The notes beneath the pieces are model-generated. The model did not search any database. It was not told where the DNA came from and saw nothing but the letters and a program-made list of their open reading frames with translations. Shown piece by piece: positions 7,006 through 16,800 of a stretch of 32,000 nucleotides of DNA. Positions within the stretch are counted from its first letter, which is position 1. Every line of letters starts with the position of its first letter. This stretch comes from an uncultured bacterium (GTDB lineage Bacteria > Margulisbacteria > WOR-1 > CAVSGV01), in contig OY969425.1 in assembly GCA_963699255.1 (NCBI GenBank), positions 1,050,001 to 1,082,000 of the forward strand. Reading direction: 5' to 3'. A program made the position numbers and the translations under genes.

Positions 7006-8439
7006 ATGTATAGATTTAGAAACATAAAACATTTATTAGATGATGGTGAGCTGGAAAATCAAGAGATATACTTCTCGGATATTTCTGCGCTAAATGATCC
7101 GATTGAAGGCTATAGGGAAATATGCTGGAAAGGAGATAGTATCCTTTGGAAAAACCTTATTAAGCATTATCTTCTATGCCTTGAAAATGTGATAGTGCTT
7201 ACCATGCTTTCAGAAGATCAGGTTAAGTTTAGCCAACAAGACATACCGGTATTTATGAGCACTGAAAAATTGCCAACTGAATTATATAAAAATATGTTCC
7301 AGGAAATATGCAATGAGGTTCTTAATAATGAGGGCATTATAAAGTACACGGAATATCTATCATCTCGCCTAGATGGCGTCAACCATGACGAATTGTTTAT
7401 TCACCTTAAAATGATACATATGATAGCCTGCGAGGCTATTATTAAAATACATGCGGCGCATAGTTTGCAACTTGCCTCAAACAAACCATCCACAAATCAT
7501 TCCGACAGTCTTACTAAATTGTTAACAGCTTTAGAGGAATTACAATCTGGCAAAGAAGAACACATTAATAGCTTGACGCTATTCTCTATGATGAAGCAAT
7601 TCATGAGAGATAATGACATTCTCAGTTCACGCAAATCAATGGGCAAAGGGGATAACAACAAACAATGCTTCATTAAATTTGAATTTCCAGCTGCTTATAT
7701 AGAACAGATTGAATCATTAACTTATCCCAATCTATATGTGGCATGCTTTACGGAGGATTGCACAAATCCTGTTACTTGGAGTCATTATGGGGATAGCCAC
7801 AAGGGCGTTGCCCTTCAATTCAAGCCTCAGCTTATCGAAAATGAACCATGTATTAATCTTTATGGGATCACGGGTGTTTGGGGAAACGGGAAAAATAGCT
7901 ACAGTAAACGTAAATACCCTTTTAAAAAGGTGACATATTCAAATGAATTCCCCAAAATTAATTTTTTTACTTCTCTCGGACAATTAACTGTTCCGCAAGC
8001 CTTGTCTCAATGGTATACAGATGTTGACGGCAAACAGAGCACCTATGCAAGTGACATATTTAATAAGCAAGACGAATGGCGACATGAATATTGGGCGAAA
8101 TTTGAAAAAAGCGTTTTAACTAAACTTAATGACTGGGAGAAAGAAGTGGAGTTTAGATTGATATTGCCCGAAATACTTGGTCTTCATACTGATATAAACG
8201 CTCGGAAATTTAAATACGATTTTAATGACTTAGGTGGCATTGTTTTTGGCATTAAAACACCATTAGAAACTAAATCGAGAATAATAGATATTATCGAGGA
8301 AAAATGCAAAAAAATTGATCGTAAAGACTTTGAATATTATCAAGCTCAGTATGATGAATCAGCTGGTAAAATCAATATTATTAGGATGAGCATAAACCAA
8401 ACGAGGTCGAATAAAGACAATGTTAGCACCAACACATAG
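7006..8439 (+). CDS. DUF2971-family protein
   Basis: The N-terminus MYRFRNIKHLL...EIYFSDISALNDPIEGY matches the DUF2971 signature as I recall it (YkYr...l.fs....fNDPfE). 477 aa, AT-rich, and 6 nt downstream of the preceding stop codon. Confidence 0.7.
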   Translation: MYRFRNIKHLLDDGELENQEIYFSDISALNDPIEGYREICWKGDSILWKNLIKHYLLCLENVIVLTMLSEDQVKFSQQDIPVFMSTEKLPTELYKNMFQEICNEVLNNEGIIKYTEYLSSRLDGVNHDELFIHLKMIHMIACEAIIKIHAAHSLQLASNKPSTNHSDSLTKLLTALEELQSGKEEHINSLTLFSMMKQFMRDNDILSSRKSMGKGDNNKQCFIKFEFPAAYIEQIESLTYPNLYVACFTEDCTNPVTWSHYGDSHKGVALQFKPQLIENEPCINLYGITGVWGNGKNSYSKRKYPFKKVTYSNEFPKINFFTSLGQLTVPQALSQWYTDVDGKQSTYASDIFNKQDEWRHEYWAKFEKSVLTKLNDWEKEVEFRLILPEILGLHTDINARKFKYDFNDLGGIVFGIKTPLETKSRIIDIIEEKCKKIDRKDFEYYQAQYDESAGKINIIRMSINQTRSNKDNVSTNT

Positions 8440-9805
8440 CGTCTTTGGCATCTTTTTAACGCTGATATTCCTGGCAGTGTTCGGGATACAATGGGGTCTT
8501 CATTGGACGATAATTCTGTTCGCGATCATCGGAGCAATAACGCCCGACATCGACCACCCCCGCTCCGTCATAGGCAAGCTTTTTCCGTATATCTCCATTC
8601 CCCTTGAGCGCAAATATGGCCATCGAACGATAACCCATTCATTCATCGGCTGGGCTATCTTCACCGCAATTTTCGCTTTAATTGTCTTGTTTGTAGCTTT
8701 GATCTTTGGATTCATTTTTAAGTTTGACGCTTGGATTTGGGAATTAGCGCCAAGATGGACAGCCGCGTTCTCCATCTCCTACTTTTCCCACCTGGTGCTT
8801 GATATGTTTAACCGCCGCGGCAGCCAGATGTTCTGGCCGGACCCCAGCAGAGATGTTATCCCAAAAAACCCGAAGTTCAGGCCTGAATCGGGATCAAGCG
8901 GGGAGCTTTTGATCTTCTTTATTCTCTTCGTGCTGATGCTCTTTGCTTTTCCGATTTCCAAATACGGGATAGCAAGCTCGCTCCGCTGGCTAATGGCTAC
9001 TCCCGGATCAGCCATCAAGGAGTTTCAGTCCCTCAAGACCCATTCCTATGTTGAATTTAAGGGTTACTTCACGGAAACAAATGAGCCGGTCGAAGGGATA
9101 GGCGAAATTCTCGATGTCCAAAGTTCTCGACTGGTAATATTATATAAACCTGGCCTGAGTGAAGCCGTGATGGTAAAAGGAGTCGAAGGAGGGCTTGCCC
9201 GCCGAAGCCTTAGCGAAGGCGGGAAGATTTACACTTTAAGCGATGAGCTGGCTGCCGATATATCCGCTTCACATGTCCGGCTGAAAAGAACAAATACCCC
9301 TATAAAAGTCACAAAGAAGGAATTCGAAAATGAGAGCCGTGATGCTCTGCTTGCGCAGATACCCGCTGGCGCGCTTGTTTCGGGAACGGTTAAGCTCCCG
9401 GAAGGAATGGGCCTTCAGTTCCCTGCCTACGCCGGCTCTTATAAACCCTTGAGCCAGAAAAGTGGCGATCTTATTCTCTCTTACGCCTCAAAAGACCAGA
9501 TTGCAAAGCTTGCCCTGACAGAAACTTTTAATCTGCAAAAAAGGAAGGACAAGGCCGACCTCGCACAGCTATACGCTCAAGCGGATAAGCTTAAAAGCCA
9601 GATAGCAGAAGCGGAAACCGGCAACGGTCTTACACCTTTAGGCAAAGAGCTTATGATGAACAAAGATGAGATCAAAAAGCAAAAAGCCCAGCTCGCCGAT
9701 TTGAACGGCCAGCTTGAGGAAATAAATGTTAAAATAGAGGAACTTCAGCTGAAGATAAAGGCCAGAAAGTTCGCATTCTCAGGAGAAGTCTATTTAAGAC
9801 AATAA
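8420..9805 (+). CDS. DUF457/YdjM-like membrane-bound metal-dependent hydrolase fold with a C-terminal soluble coiled-coil extension
   Basis: MLAPTHSVFG..., ITPDIDHPRS and HRTITHSF are the YdjM-type His/Asp motifs, set among 5-6 hydrophobic helices. The C-terminal ~260 aa is soluble and ends in a heptad-rich segment (ADLAQLYAQADKLKSQIAEAE...LEEINVKIEELQLKIKARK). It overlaps the upstream gene by 20 nt. Confidence 0.75.
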   Translation: MLAPTHSVFGIFLTLIFLAVFGIQWGLHWTIILFAIIGAITPDIDHPRSVIGKLFPYISIPLERKYGHRTITHSFIGWAIFTAIFALIVLFVALIFGFIFKFDAWIWELAPRWTAAFSISYFSHLVLDMFNRRGSQMFWPDPSRDVIPKNPKFRPESGSSGELLIFFILFVLMLFAFPISKYGIASSLRWLMATPGSAIKEFQSLKTHSYVEFKGYFTETNEPVEGIGEILDVQSSRLVILYKPGLSEAVMVKGVEGGLARRSLSEGGKIYTLSDELAADISASHVRLKRTNTPIKVTKKEFENESRDALLAQIPAGALVSGTVKLPEGMGLQFPAYAGSYKPLSQKSGDLILSYASKDQIAKLALTETFNLQKRKDKADLAQLYAQADKLKSQIAEAETGNGLTPLGKELMMNKDEIKKQKAQLADLNGQLEEINVKIEELQLKIKARKFAFSGEVYLRQ

Positions 9806-9816
9806 GGAGGCTTGAT

Positions 9817-10347
9817 ATGAAGAAATTTGTTGTCTATCTTATTATTGCGAGTTTATTGTCTCCGCTGATTGCTTCTCTTGCTTATGCTTATGAATACACT
9901 CTCGCCACGAATGATCTCCTTGAAGTCAAAATCCTTAATCAGAAGGATATGGACACAAAACAGACTATTACGCCTGATGGCACTATTGCGCTCCCATTCC
10001 TCGGAAGGGTCCAGGCTCAGGGCAAAACGCTCAATGAATTTCAGACCTATTTGACGGCCGAATTCGCCAAGTATGTGGATAAGCCTCAGCTTGTTGTCTA
10101 TCTAACCCCAAGATCGATATATGTAGTTCAGCACGATCTCAAGAAAAATACCTGGGAAGTCAAGGAAGCTAAGTCCATTCCCGAAGCTAAAGCATTCGCT
10201 GGCGAGGATTATACTAAAGAGATCAAATATGGCGATGTTATAACCGTTGATGTCGGACTTCAACCTGACTGGTGGGAAAATAACTGGTATAAAGTGCTCA
10301 CTGGAACAGCTGTTGCAGTTGGAATATACGAAACGCTGAAAAAGTAA
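9817..10347 (+). CDS. Secreted Wza-like protein (Poly_export domain plus possible SLBB)
   Basis: AAGGAGG Shine-Dalgarno 6 nt upstream. Signal peptide MKKFVVYLIIASLLSPLIASLAYA. The Poly_export pattern is YTLATNDLLEVKI...ITPDGTIALPFLGRVQAQGKTLNEFQTYLTAEFAKYVDKPQLVVYL. Confidence 0.8.
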   Translation: MKKFVVYLIIASLLSPLIASLAYAYEYTLATNDLLEVKILNQKDMDTKQTITPDGTIALPFLGRVQAQGKTLNEFQTYLTAEFAKYVDKPQLVVYLTPRSIYVVQHDLKKNTWEVKEAKSIPEAKAFAGEDYTKEIKYGDVITVDVGLQPDWWENNWYKVLTGTAVAVGIYETLKK

Positions 10348-10463
10348 AAGGCGAACTTCTTACCTGACATAAGAAAATCTCTCGGATGATTTCTGGACTA
10401 TCCGGATTGTGGAATAGATGTCTATCTCCAGTAGCTTCGAGTCCAGCACAAAGCCAAATATCC

Positions 10464-10492
10464 TTGACTTTCCTTTACCCTTCGTGTAAAGT
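10464..10492 (+). promoter_or_regulatory. Putative sigma-70 promoter of the higB-HTH-immA-beta operon
   Basis: TTGACT (10464-10469), 17-nt spacer, TAAAGT (10487-10492), 12 nt before ATG 10505. Confidence 0.45.
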
Positions 10493-10504
10493 GTTTTGGA
10501 TGAT

Positions 10505-10837
10505 ATGGACATTAACTTTAAAACATCAAAACTTGAGAAAACCTTTAACTCTTCAAAGAAGCTTAGTATTGAATATGGGCAGAATGCCGAGGTAATTATG
10601 AACAGAATGAAGCTTTTCCAAGAGGTCGTATGCCTGAACGATGTGCCTGTTACAAAGCCACCAAGGAGACATTCTCTCAAAGGAGACAGGGAAAATCAGT
10701 TCGCAGTTGATTTAAGACAAGGCTTTAGGATTACCTTTTGCGCTAACCATGACCCGCTCCCACTTAAAGAGGATGGTGGGATTGATTTAATGAAAGTAAC
10801 GGCAATTACTATTTTAAGTGTGGTGAATTACCATTGA
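10505..10837 (+). CDS. higB: HigB-like toxin (plasmid maintenance system killer, RelE/ParE superfamily)
   Basis: MDINFKTSKLEKTFNS...KLFQEV...LKGDRENQFAVDLRQGFRITF resembles the HigB-like toxin family. It sits immediately upstream of a HigA-type HTH. The track start at 10496 is a TTG; ATG 10505 is preferred. Confidence 0.7.
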   Translation: MDINFKTSKLEKTFNSSKKLSIEYGQNAEVIMNRMKLFQEVVCLNDVPVTKPPRRHSLKGDRENQFAVDLRQGFRITFCANHDPLPLKEDGGIDLMKVTAITILSVVNYH

Positions 10838-10839
10838 AT

Positions 10840-11070
10840 ATGACTAACAATAAAAATACATATAATCCGGACTATGCAGTACATCCTGGAGTAATAATCG
10901 AGGAAACACTCTCTGTATTGGGGATGAAAAAGAGCGATCTAGCTATACGCACTGAGCTTTCATTAAAGACAATAAGCCAAATAATAAATGGTAAAGAGTT
11001 TATTACACCAGAAACAGCAGTAAAGCTTGAAAGAGTATTAGGAATGCAAGCGTATATTTGGAGGAACTAG
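10840..11070 (+). CDS. higA: HigA/VapI-type XRE helix-turn-helix antitoxin-like protein (possibly the N-terminal part of a split HTH-peptidase)
   Basis: HPGVIIEETLSVLGMKKSDLAIRTELSLKTISQIINGKEFITPETAVKLERVLGM is a typical HigA HTH. The ORF stops (TAG 11068-11070) in the middle of the helix that normally continues as FWLNLQxxYDL. Confidence 0.7.
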   Translation: MTNNKNTYNPDYAVHPGVIIEETLSVLGMKKSDLAIRTELSLKTISQIINGKEFITPETAVKLERVLGMQAYIWRN

Positions 11071-11930
11071 ATAGTTCATATCGTATATTTATTGCGAAAC
11101 AAAAAGATCAAGAGAAATATGCCGCGGCACAACGATGGATTAAAAGATTCCCCATAAAAGAACTGATTGAGAGGGGCTATCTAAAGGGTTCAGATAATAT
11201 TAATGAACTTACCGAACAGCTTTTAACTTTCTTTTCGGCTGGATCGTTAAATTCATTTAAAAGTCAAATAACTAATGTTGCTTTCCGCAAATCAGCAGCT
11301 TACCAGAGTAAGCCTGAAAGTGTTATGACTTGGCTTAGAATAGGCCAAGTTGAAGCGCAAAACACTGAAGCGCCATTGTTTAACAGGGACATGTTTACTT
11401 CTAATCTAAAAGAAATTAAGAGATTAACAACATGTAAATCAATTAAAGAAATGCTATTAAGAACGAGGGAATTATGCCTGAAGAGTGGCGTTGTTGTCTT
11501 ATATATTGAAGAAATTGAGCAAACTAGAGCAAGTGGTGCGGCATTTTGGTTAACCAAAGATAAACCGGTCATCATGCTTAGCTCTCGATATAAAACCGAT
11601 GATCATTTCTGGTTTAGTTTTTTCCATGAATGTGGACACCTGCTCAATGATAGCAAGAAAACAACATTTATAGATTATGATGATAATGAAGAAGATGCGA
11701 ACATCTTTGCAGGCAATTTCTTGATTCCACAAAAAGATTATGATGAGTATTTCGGGCAATTTAGAAATGCCGATTTAAACGCAATTATCGTTAATACTTT
11801 TGCTAAGAAAATTGGAATCGCTCCTGGAATTGTTGTCGGTAGGCTTCAAAAAGACAAAAAAATCGATTATGCCAAACAATATTCAAATCTACAAAAGAAA
11901 ATTGACTTTAAAGAAATTAATCGAACATGA
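11058..11930 (+). CDS. ImmA/IrrE-family (COG2856, peptidase M78) zinc metallopeptidase
   Basis: HExxH motif in FFHECGHLLND, and the linker RWIKRFPIKELIERGYL typical of HTH-ImmA fusion proteins. It starts at a TTG overlapping the HTH ORF in another frame. Its stop overlaps the next ATG as ATGA. Confidence 0.8.
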   Translation: MEELDSSYRIFIAKQKDQEKYAAAQRWIKRFPIKELIERGYLKGSDNINELTEQLLTFFSAGSLNSFKSQITNVAFRKSAAYQSKPESVMTWLRIGQVEAQNTEAPLFNRDMFTSNLKEIKRLTTCKSIKEMLLRTRELCLKSGVVVLYIEEIEQTRASGAAFWLTKDKPVIMLSSRYKTDDHFWFSFFHECGHLLNDSKKTTFIDYDDNEEDANIFAGNFLIPQKDYDEYFGQFRNADLNAIIVNTFAKKIGIAPGIVVGRLQKDKKIDYAKQYSNLQKKIDFKEINRT

Positions 11931-13168
11931 ACACTTTTTACGTGCCAATATTAAAAGCAAAAGAGGGAGAATTGTCTGCATTGAATGAGCTCTCCGGGAA
12001 TGTGGCGAAAAAAGTATTTCCTTTATTAGAAATCGTGCCGGATACTCGTTTACTTTCTATTAATGAAAAAATCAAAATAAACGATTCCATAACTAAGCTA
12101 ACCAAGAAAAGTCCTCATAAATTTACATATAAAGACAAAAAAGGAACCCTTCATGTCAAAGGGAGAATGACAGAAAAAGAGTTAGCATATTTGAGAGATA
12201 TTTCAAAGGAATTGAACGATGAGGTATATGCCGCAGCTGTCAACCAACTATACACAAGATCAAACCCAACCATTCAGGATTATCTTAAAGGGGTTTTTAC
12301 TAAGATGGTTGCTTTCAAGCTTACAGGAAGGACTTTATATATTGACTTTCATCATCTCGAAGAAAACAAGCATAGGGTGAATTTATTGGAATTAATATTA
12401 CAAGAGATAAGCATGAATAACATCAAAGCCATTCTTGTCTTTAGCGTTGAGGAGTTAAATAAATATAGTAAAACAATTATTGAGAGCGGAATAAAATCTC
12501 TGGCGATTAGAATTAATGGAAATGAAATCGATTCGCTTAAGGAGATTAAGGCCCAGCTCAAAACAAATCTGGATATTCCAATAAATCAGGTTGACTTAAT
12601 TATTGATCACAAAAGCCTTCAAGGAGGCGACAATCAATTATACGTTAGAGAATATGAAAGAATTACGGAAAAGGATGTATGGGGAAGATTGATATTTGCT
12701 GGGGCATCATTTCCTGTGGATCTGATGGGATATCCCCCCTACAGTGAACATGACATCCCAAGAATTGAATGGCAACAATGGAAATATTTGGCAGAAAAAC
12801 ATGATAATAAAAATATAACTTATTCGGATTACACTATAAGGAGTTCGCAATTACCTCTTGCAAAATTTGGAATTAGTCCAAGTGCAAACATTCGATATAC
12901 TCACGACGATATTTGGTTTTTAGTCCGAGGCAAATCTATAAAACACGACCCAAAGGGGAACAAGCAATATTATGATATATCAAATACAATTTTAGTTGAT
13001 GCTAAATATGCCGGTGAAAATCATTGTGAGGGGGATAAACTTATTAATATGTGCGCAAATAAAAAGTGTGGCCCTGGAAATCAGACTACTTGGATAACCG
13101 CTGGTATAACACATCATATTACGACGGTTGTTGAGCAGCTCTCCAGTTTTCTCGGGACTTTAAAGTAG
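11927..13168 (+). CDS. Beta-protein family protein (T4 beta protein / sce7725-like)
   Basis: The N-terminus MNTFYVPILKAKEGELSALNEL matches the family hallmark as I recall it (YvPiLK.K.GE..AL). C-terminal Cys/His-rich tail ...NHCEGDKLINMCANKKCGPGNQTTWITAGITHHI. ATGA coupling to immA. The family assignment is from memory. Confidence 0.6.
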   Translation: MNTFYVPILKAKEGELSALNELSGNVAKKVFPLLEIVPDTRLLSINEKIKINDSITKLTKKSPHKFTYKDKKGTLHVKGRMTEKELAYLRDISKELNDEVYAAAVNQLYTRSNPTIQDYLKGVFTKMVAFKLTGRTLYIDFHHLEENKHRVNLLELILQEISMNNIKAILVFSVEELNKYSKTIIESGIKSLAIRINGNEIDSLKEIKAQLKTNLDIPINQVDLIIDHKSLQGGDNQLYVREYERITEKDVWGRLIFAGASFPVDLMGYPPYSEHDIPRIEWQQWKYLAEKHDNKNITYSDYTIRSSQLPLAKFGISPSANIRYTHDDIWFLVRGKSIKHDPKGNKQYYDISNTILVDAKYAGENHCEGDKLINMCANKKCGPGNQTTWITAGITHHITTVVEQLSSFLGTLK

Positions 13169-13272
13169 TGCGCACGTAATCTTTCAGTACAACTAATGGG
13201 AAATCATTGGCAAGCATTCCCCATAACAAATATTTTGGCTTACTAATTATCCCCTTTTCTACACCGTGCAAT

Positions 13273-13716
13273 TTAAAGAATTTCAACGATTTCACTTTTC
13301 CATAACAATTGAACAAGCGAAAAAGCATCTACATTATTGTTAAATCTATTTTGCCTAATCATCGTAAATTCTTTATCTTTCTTAAATCTTGGAATCAATT
13401 TAATGCCCCACCATGAGGGGATCATTTTTTTTGCTGACTTTAAATGCGCCTCATTCAATACAAGGGTAACAGTGTCCATAACCTTGTTATACACGACTAT
13501 TTGTGAGGGCAATCTTGCTAGCGTATCAAAGTCACTCTTTATTTCATATCCGTGCATATACCCATTAACTGCAGCTATATCAATCCTTGCCCCACCCTGG
13601 CACAATTCAAATTCCTCAATAATAGTGGTATTTTTCTCGGGTTTTAGCGTTGCCTCATGCTTGTAAAGGAGTTTTCTTATGTCTGCATCATACAAAGGAC
13701 TATACGACCTGGACAT
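13273..13716 (-). CDS. PD-(D/E)xK-fold nuclease-like protein (sce7726/MmcB-like)
   Basis: EFELCQGGARIDIAAVNGYMHGYEIKSDFD provides an E...D...ExK arrangement. 147 aa, convergent with the Beta-protein gene. The sce7725/sce7726 pairing is recalled from NCBI family names and is not verified here. Confidence 0.55.
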   Translation of the reverse strand: MSRSYSPLYDADIRKLLYKHEATLKPEKNTTIIEEFELCQGGARIDIAAVNGYMHGYEIKSDFDTLARLPSQIVVYNKVMDTVTLVLNEAHLKSAKKMIPSWWGIKLIPRFKKDKEFTMIRQNRFNNNVDAFSLVQLLWKSEIVEIL

Positions 13717-13803
13717 ATATAGGCCCCCCCTTTTTTTAACTGTGTGAAATTATACGCTTTTAAATTATTGATGCAAGGTAAGAAGATTGGTAAGCTGTGA
13801 TAA

Positions 13804-13836
13804 GAGGCACTTACGTCTCTTCCCAGTAAGTGCCTC
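13804..13836 (-). terminator. Hairpin downstream of the R-M gene
   Basis: Perfect 11-bp stem GAGGCACTTAC (13804-13814) / GTAAGTGCCTC (13826-13836) with an 11-nt loop, 18 nt past the stop of the minus-strand gene. On the minus strand it is followed by TTAT, a weak U-tract. Confidence 0.5.
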
Positions 13837-13853
13837 AACCTTAACACGACAGT

Positions 13854-16800
13854 TCATTTTCCAAGAAAATCAATCTCATCGATCTCTTTCATAATTTTAT
13901 CCGTTTCTGTCAGAGCAACAACAATCTTCTGATAATGCTCAATGTCTTCATTAGATAGCTTGCGCCCTTTTCGGTCCTTGAGCCATTTTTGCGCAGGCTG
14001 GTAGCCGCCAATATAGAAGTTCCACGCAATTTCCGGTACTTTACCAAAGTATTGTGTCGCATTTATAAATACCTTGCTGTCTTTATAGGTTAGCTTATCA
14101 ACAGTATCCGACCCCTCAACAGGGAAGGTTGTAATATATTTTTCTACTTTAGGTGATTCGAGCAGATGCAATCCACGCAATTCTGCGCCGAGCTTTACCA
14201 GCCCATTGAATGTCTTTGCGTCTTTCGGATAAGGCACTCGTGGAAAATCAATCTTTAAGAATTCCTTATACTTTTCGCGGTAACTTGGTGAATGTAAAAC
14301 CGCGTATATATAATCAAAAATATCTTCGGGGTTACTCTTCTTGACGATCCGTTCTATTGCATCGACAATAACCTTGCTAGTATTTGCTACTCGTCTCGCA
14401 TCATCAGCACAAAGATATAGCGGAAACACTGTATCAATACTTACACTGTCTGAACGTATATATCCATTAACTAAAGGCCCGTTTGCAATAAAATAATATG
14501 AAGAAGGCATATTAGCAGGAGAACGATTTACTGTTACCAAACCGATATTCCTCACAATTAAATGTCGCATAACTTCTTTCCTCATTCGCTCAATAAAATC
14601 TTTATGATAATATACAAAGCGAGTGTCAAATGGTCTATAACATATTGAGACAGTGTTGTTACTATTAAAGTCATGCTTCAGAGCCTCTGCGATCTTCCAT
14701 CCCGCATTCTCCTTTAATGAGTATTTTGACTTTGCCTCTTGTGGCGATTGGCAACAAAGAAAATTCTTAACTCTTTTTTCCAGTGTCTCTCTGTCAAAAT
14801 CAACAATAAAATCATCGCGCGAAGTTACAACCCCAACACTTGACACAGGAAATAATTCGGCAACAGAGAATCCTTTTCCATACTGCTCCCTGATTGCCTC
14901 ATTACGGGCTATCCATTCATAATTCGGCTCAATCGGGCATACAGTTTTCCATCCCACAGAATCAATTGAATGTGAGTCTAAATACTTAAACTTATCTGAA
15001 CGTGAGCCATAACAGTCAGCATGAAATATTTTTGCTTGATTATTCTTGCTATTCTTCTTTTTTAACCCAACAAATATAGAAACTCCAGTTTTAATATCAA
15101 AAACATTCTTATCGTCAGCCCCTTTAGGTGTTTTCTCTTGTTTATTTGCGTTGCCATGAAGATCAAGCACATATATCTCATCAAATGTTTTCATAAGACG
15201 GAATCGCATACCGCGAAAAGTAGGATTGTCAATGTAGCCGTGCGCTGTGATCATTGCCACTATGCCTTCTCCGGTTTTTTCGATCATACTTTCAGCATAC
15301 CTAATAAATTTTACATAATCATCATTCAGCCATTTTGAATTTCGCTCCTGCAATCTTCCACCTGTCGGTTCAACCTTATATACATCATTACCTGTATACG
15401 AAGCGTTACTTGATTCGCCTGAATAAGGTGGATTACCAATTACCACCATTATTGGTGTCTCATTTTTGATTTTGCTTGCTTCTTTTGCTTCTTCAGCAAT
15501 GCTTTCGGCCAAACCAAAAGAAAGCATGTCCTGTTGCACCTCGGTTTGTTCAAGAGAATTTGTCAAATAAATGCCTAATCTATTGTTAAATATCTTAAAC
15601 CCTGTCTTTTTGAATGCCATGCTTAATTTGAGATGCGCGATAGTATATGGCGTCATCATAATTTCGAACCCATGAAGACGCGGTAAAAGGTCATTGTGAA
15701 CATATGTTGTCCATCTTCCCTTTTGCCCCTGTTCGATCAATCTTTTATAGATTGTGTCAATAGTCGCGCTTATAAATGTGCCGGTTCCAACCGCTGGATC
15801 CAGGATTTGAACACGATGTTTTCCATTTGACAGCTTTGAAGAATCAGCAAGACCATTTGGAAGGCCAAACTCTTTTTGCAGAATGTAGTCTACCGAACGT
15901 ACAATAAAGTTTACTACCGGCAGCGGGGTATAATACGCCCCCATTTTCTTGCGAAGCTCTGGGTCATATTCTTTAAGAAAATCTTCATAAAAATGAATAA
16001 CGGGGTCCGGGCTCGCATGTTCTTGGCCGCCAATATCAATTTTGAAGTATTGACTCATCAGCTGTTGAACGTTCGCATGCAGAAAGACGATACAAAGTTC
16101 ATCAACAATATATTTTAAACGATCATCGTAGTCAGCTCCGGCAATATGATCAAAAAAGTGACGAAGGAAAGGGTTGGATGCCGGAACCAGATCCCTGGCT
16201 TCCTGACGGGAGAATGTATCCGGAGTTTCATCGTTATAACGAGCGACAAATAGCCCATAAACAAGTGTTTGCGCGTACATATCCGCAAAAGTATCTACGG
16301 TCAGGTCATGCACAAGTAATTTTTTTATTGTTTCATATACCCGCAATAGTCCCGCATTTTTCTTTGAATCTCTATCCGAAGAGAGATAGTGCCTAATATT
16401 ATCCCTTATTCTTTGCGCCTTTCCCCCCATGATCTTTGCAAGGTGCTCTCCTGATTTGATCGGCTCTTTTTGAGATTGCGTAAAGTCAACAAGGGTTTTC
16501 GCGACTTGTTCATAATTCTCCGGTAAAGGAGAGATAGTGCGGTTCTCTTTGTCAAAGCTTGCTATTTTGATCGGCTCTTCATAAGAAACCCCATTCCTGT
16601 AAAACCTAAATTCCAAATAATCCGTCAGCACCAAATTCGTATAGCCATAATACCTTGCCATTTGTTCGGATTTCTCAACCTTATCAAGCGAGATCCCAAT
16701 ATCTTTTGTTTCAATATAGAGGATAGGAACACTATTATTGATCACGACAAAATCCGGCTTATTCCCTTCTGCAGCCCTTTCATCGTGACCGATGCGTTGA

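Noticed and set aside
10360-10680. 106-aa minus-strand ORF opposite higB
   Set aside because: It is antisense to the HigB-like gene and its promoter and has no motifs. The plus-strand toxin-HTH arrangement explains the region.
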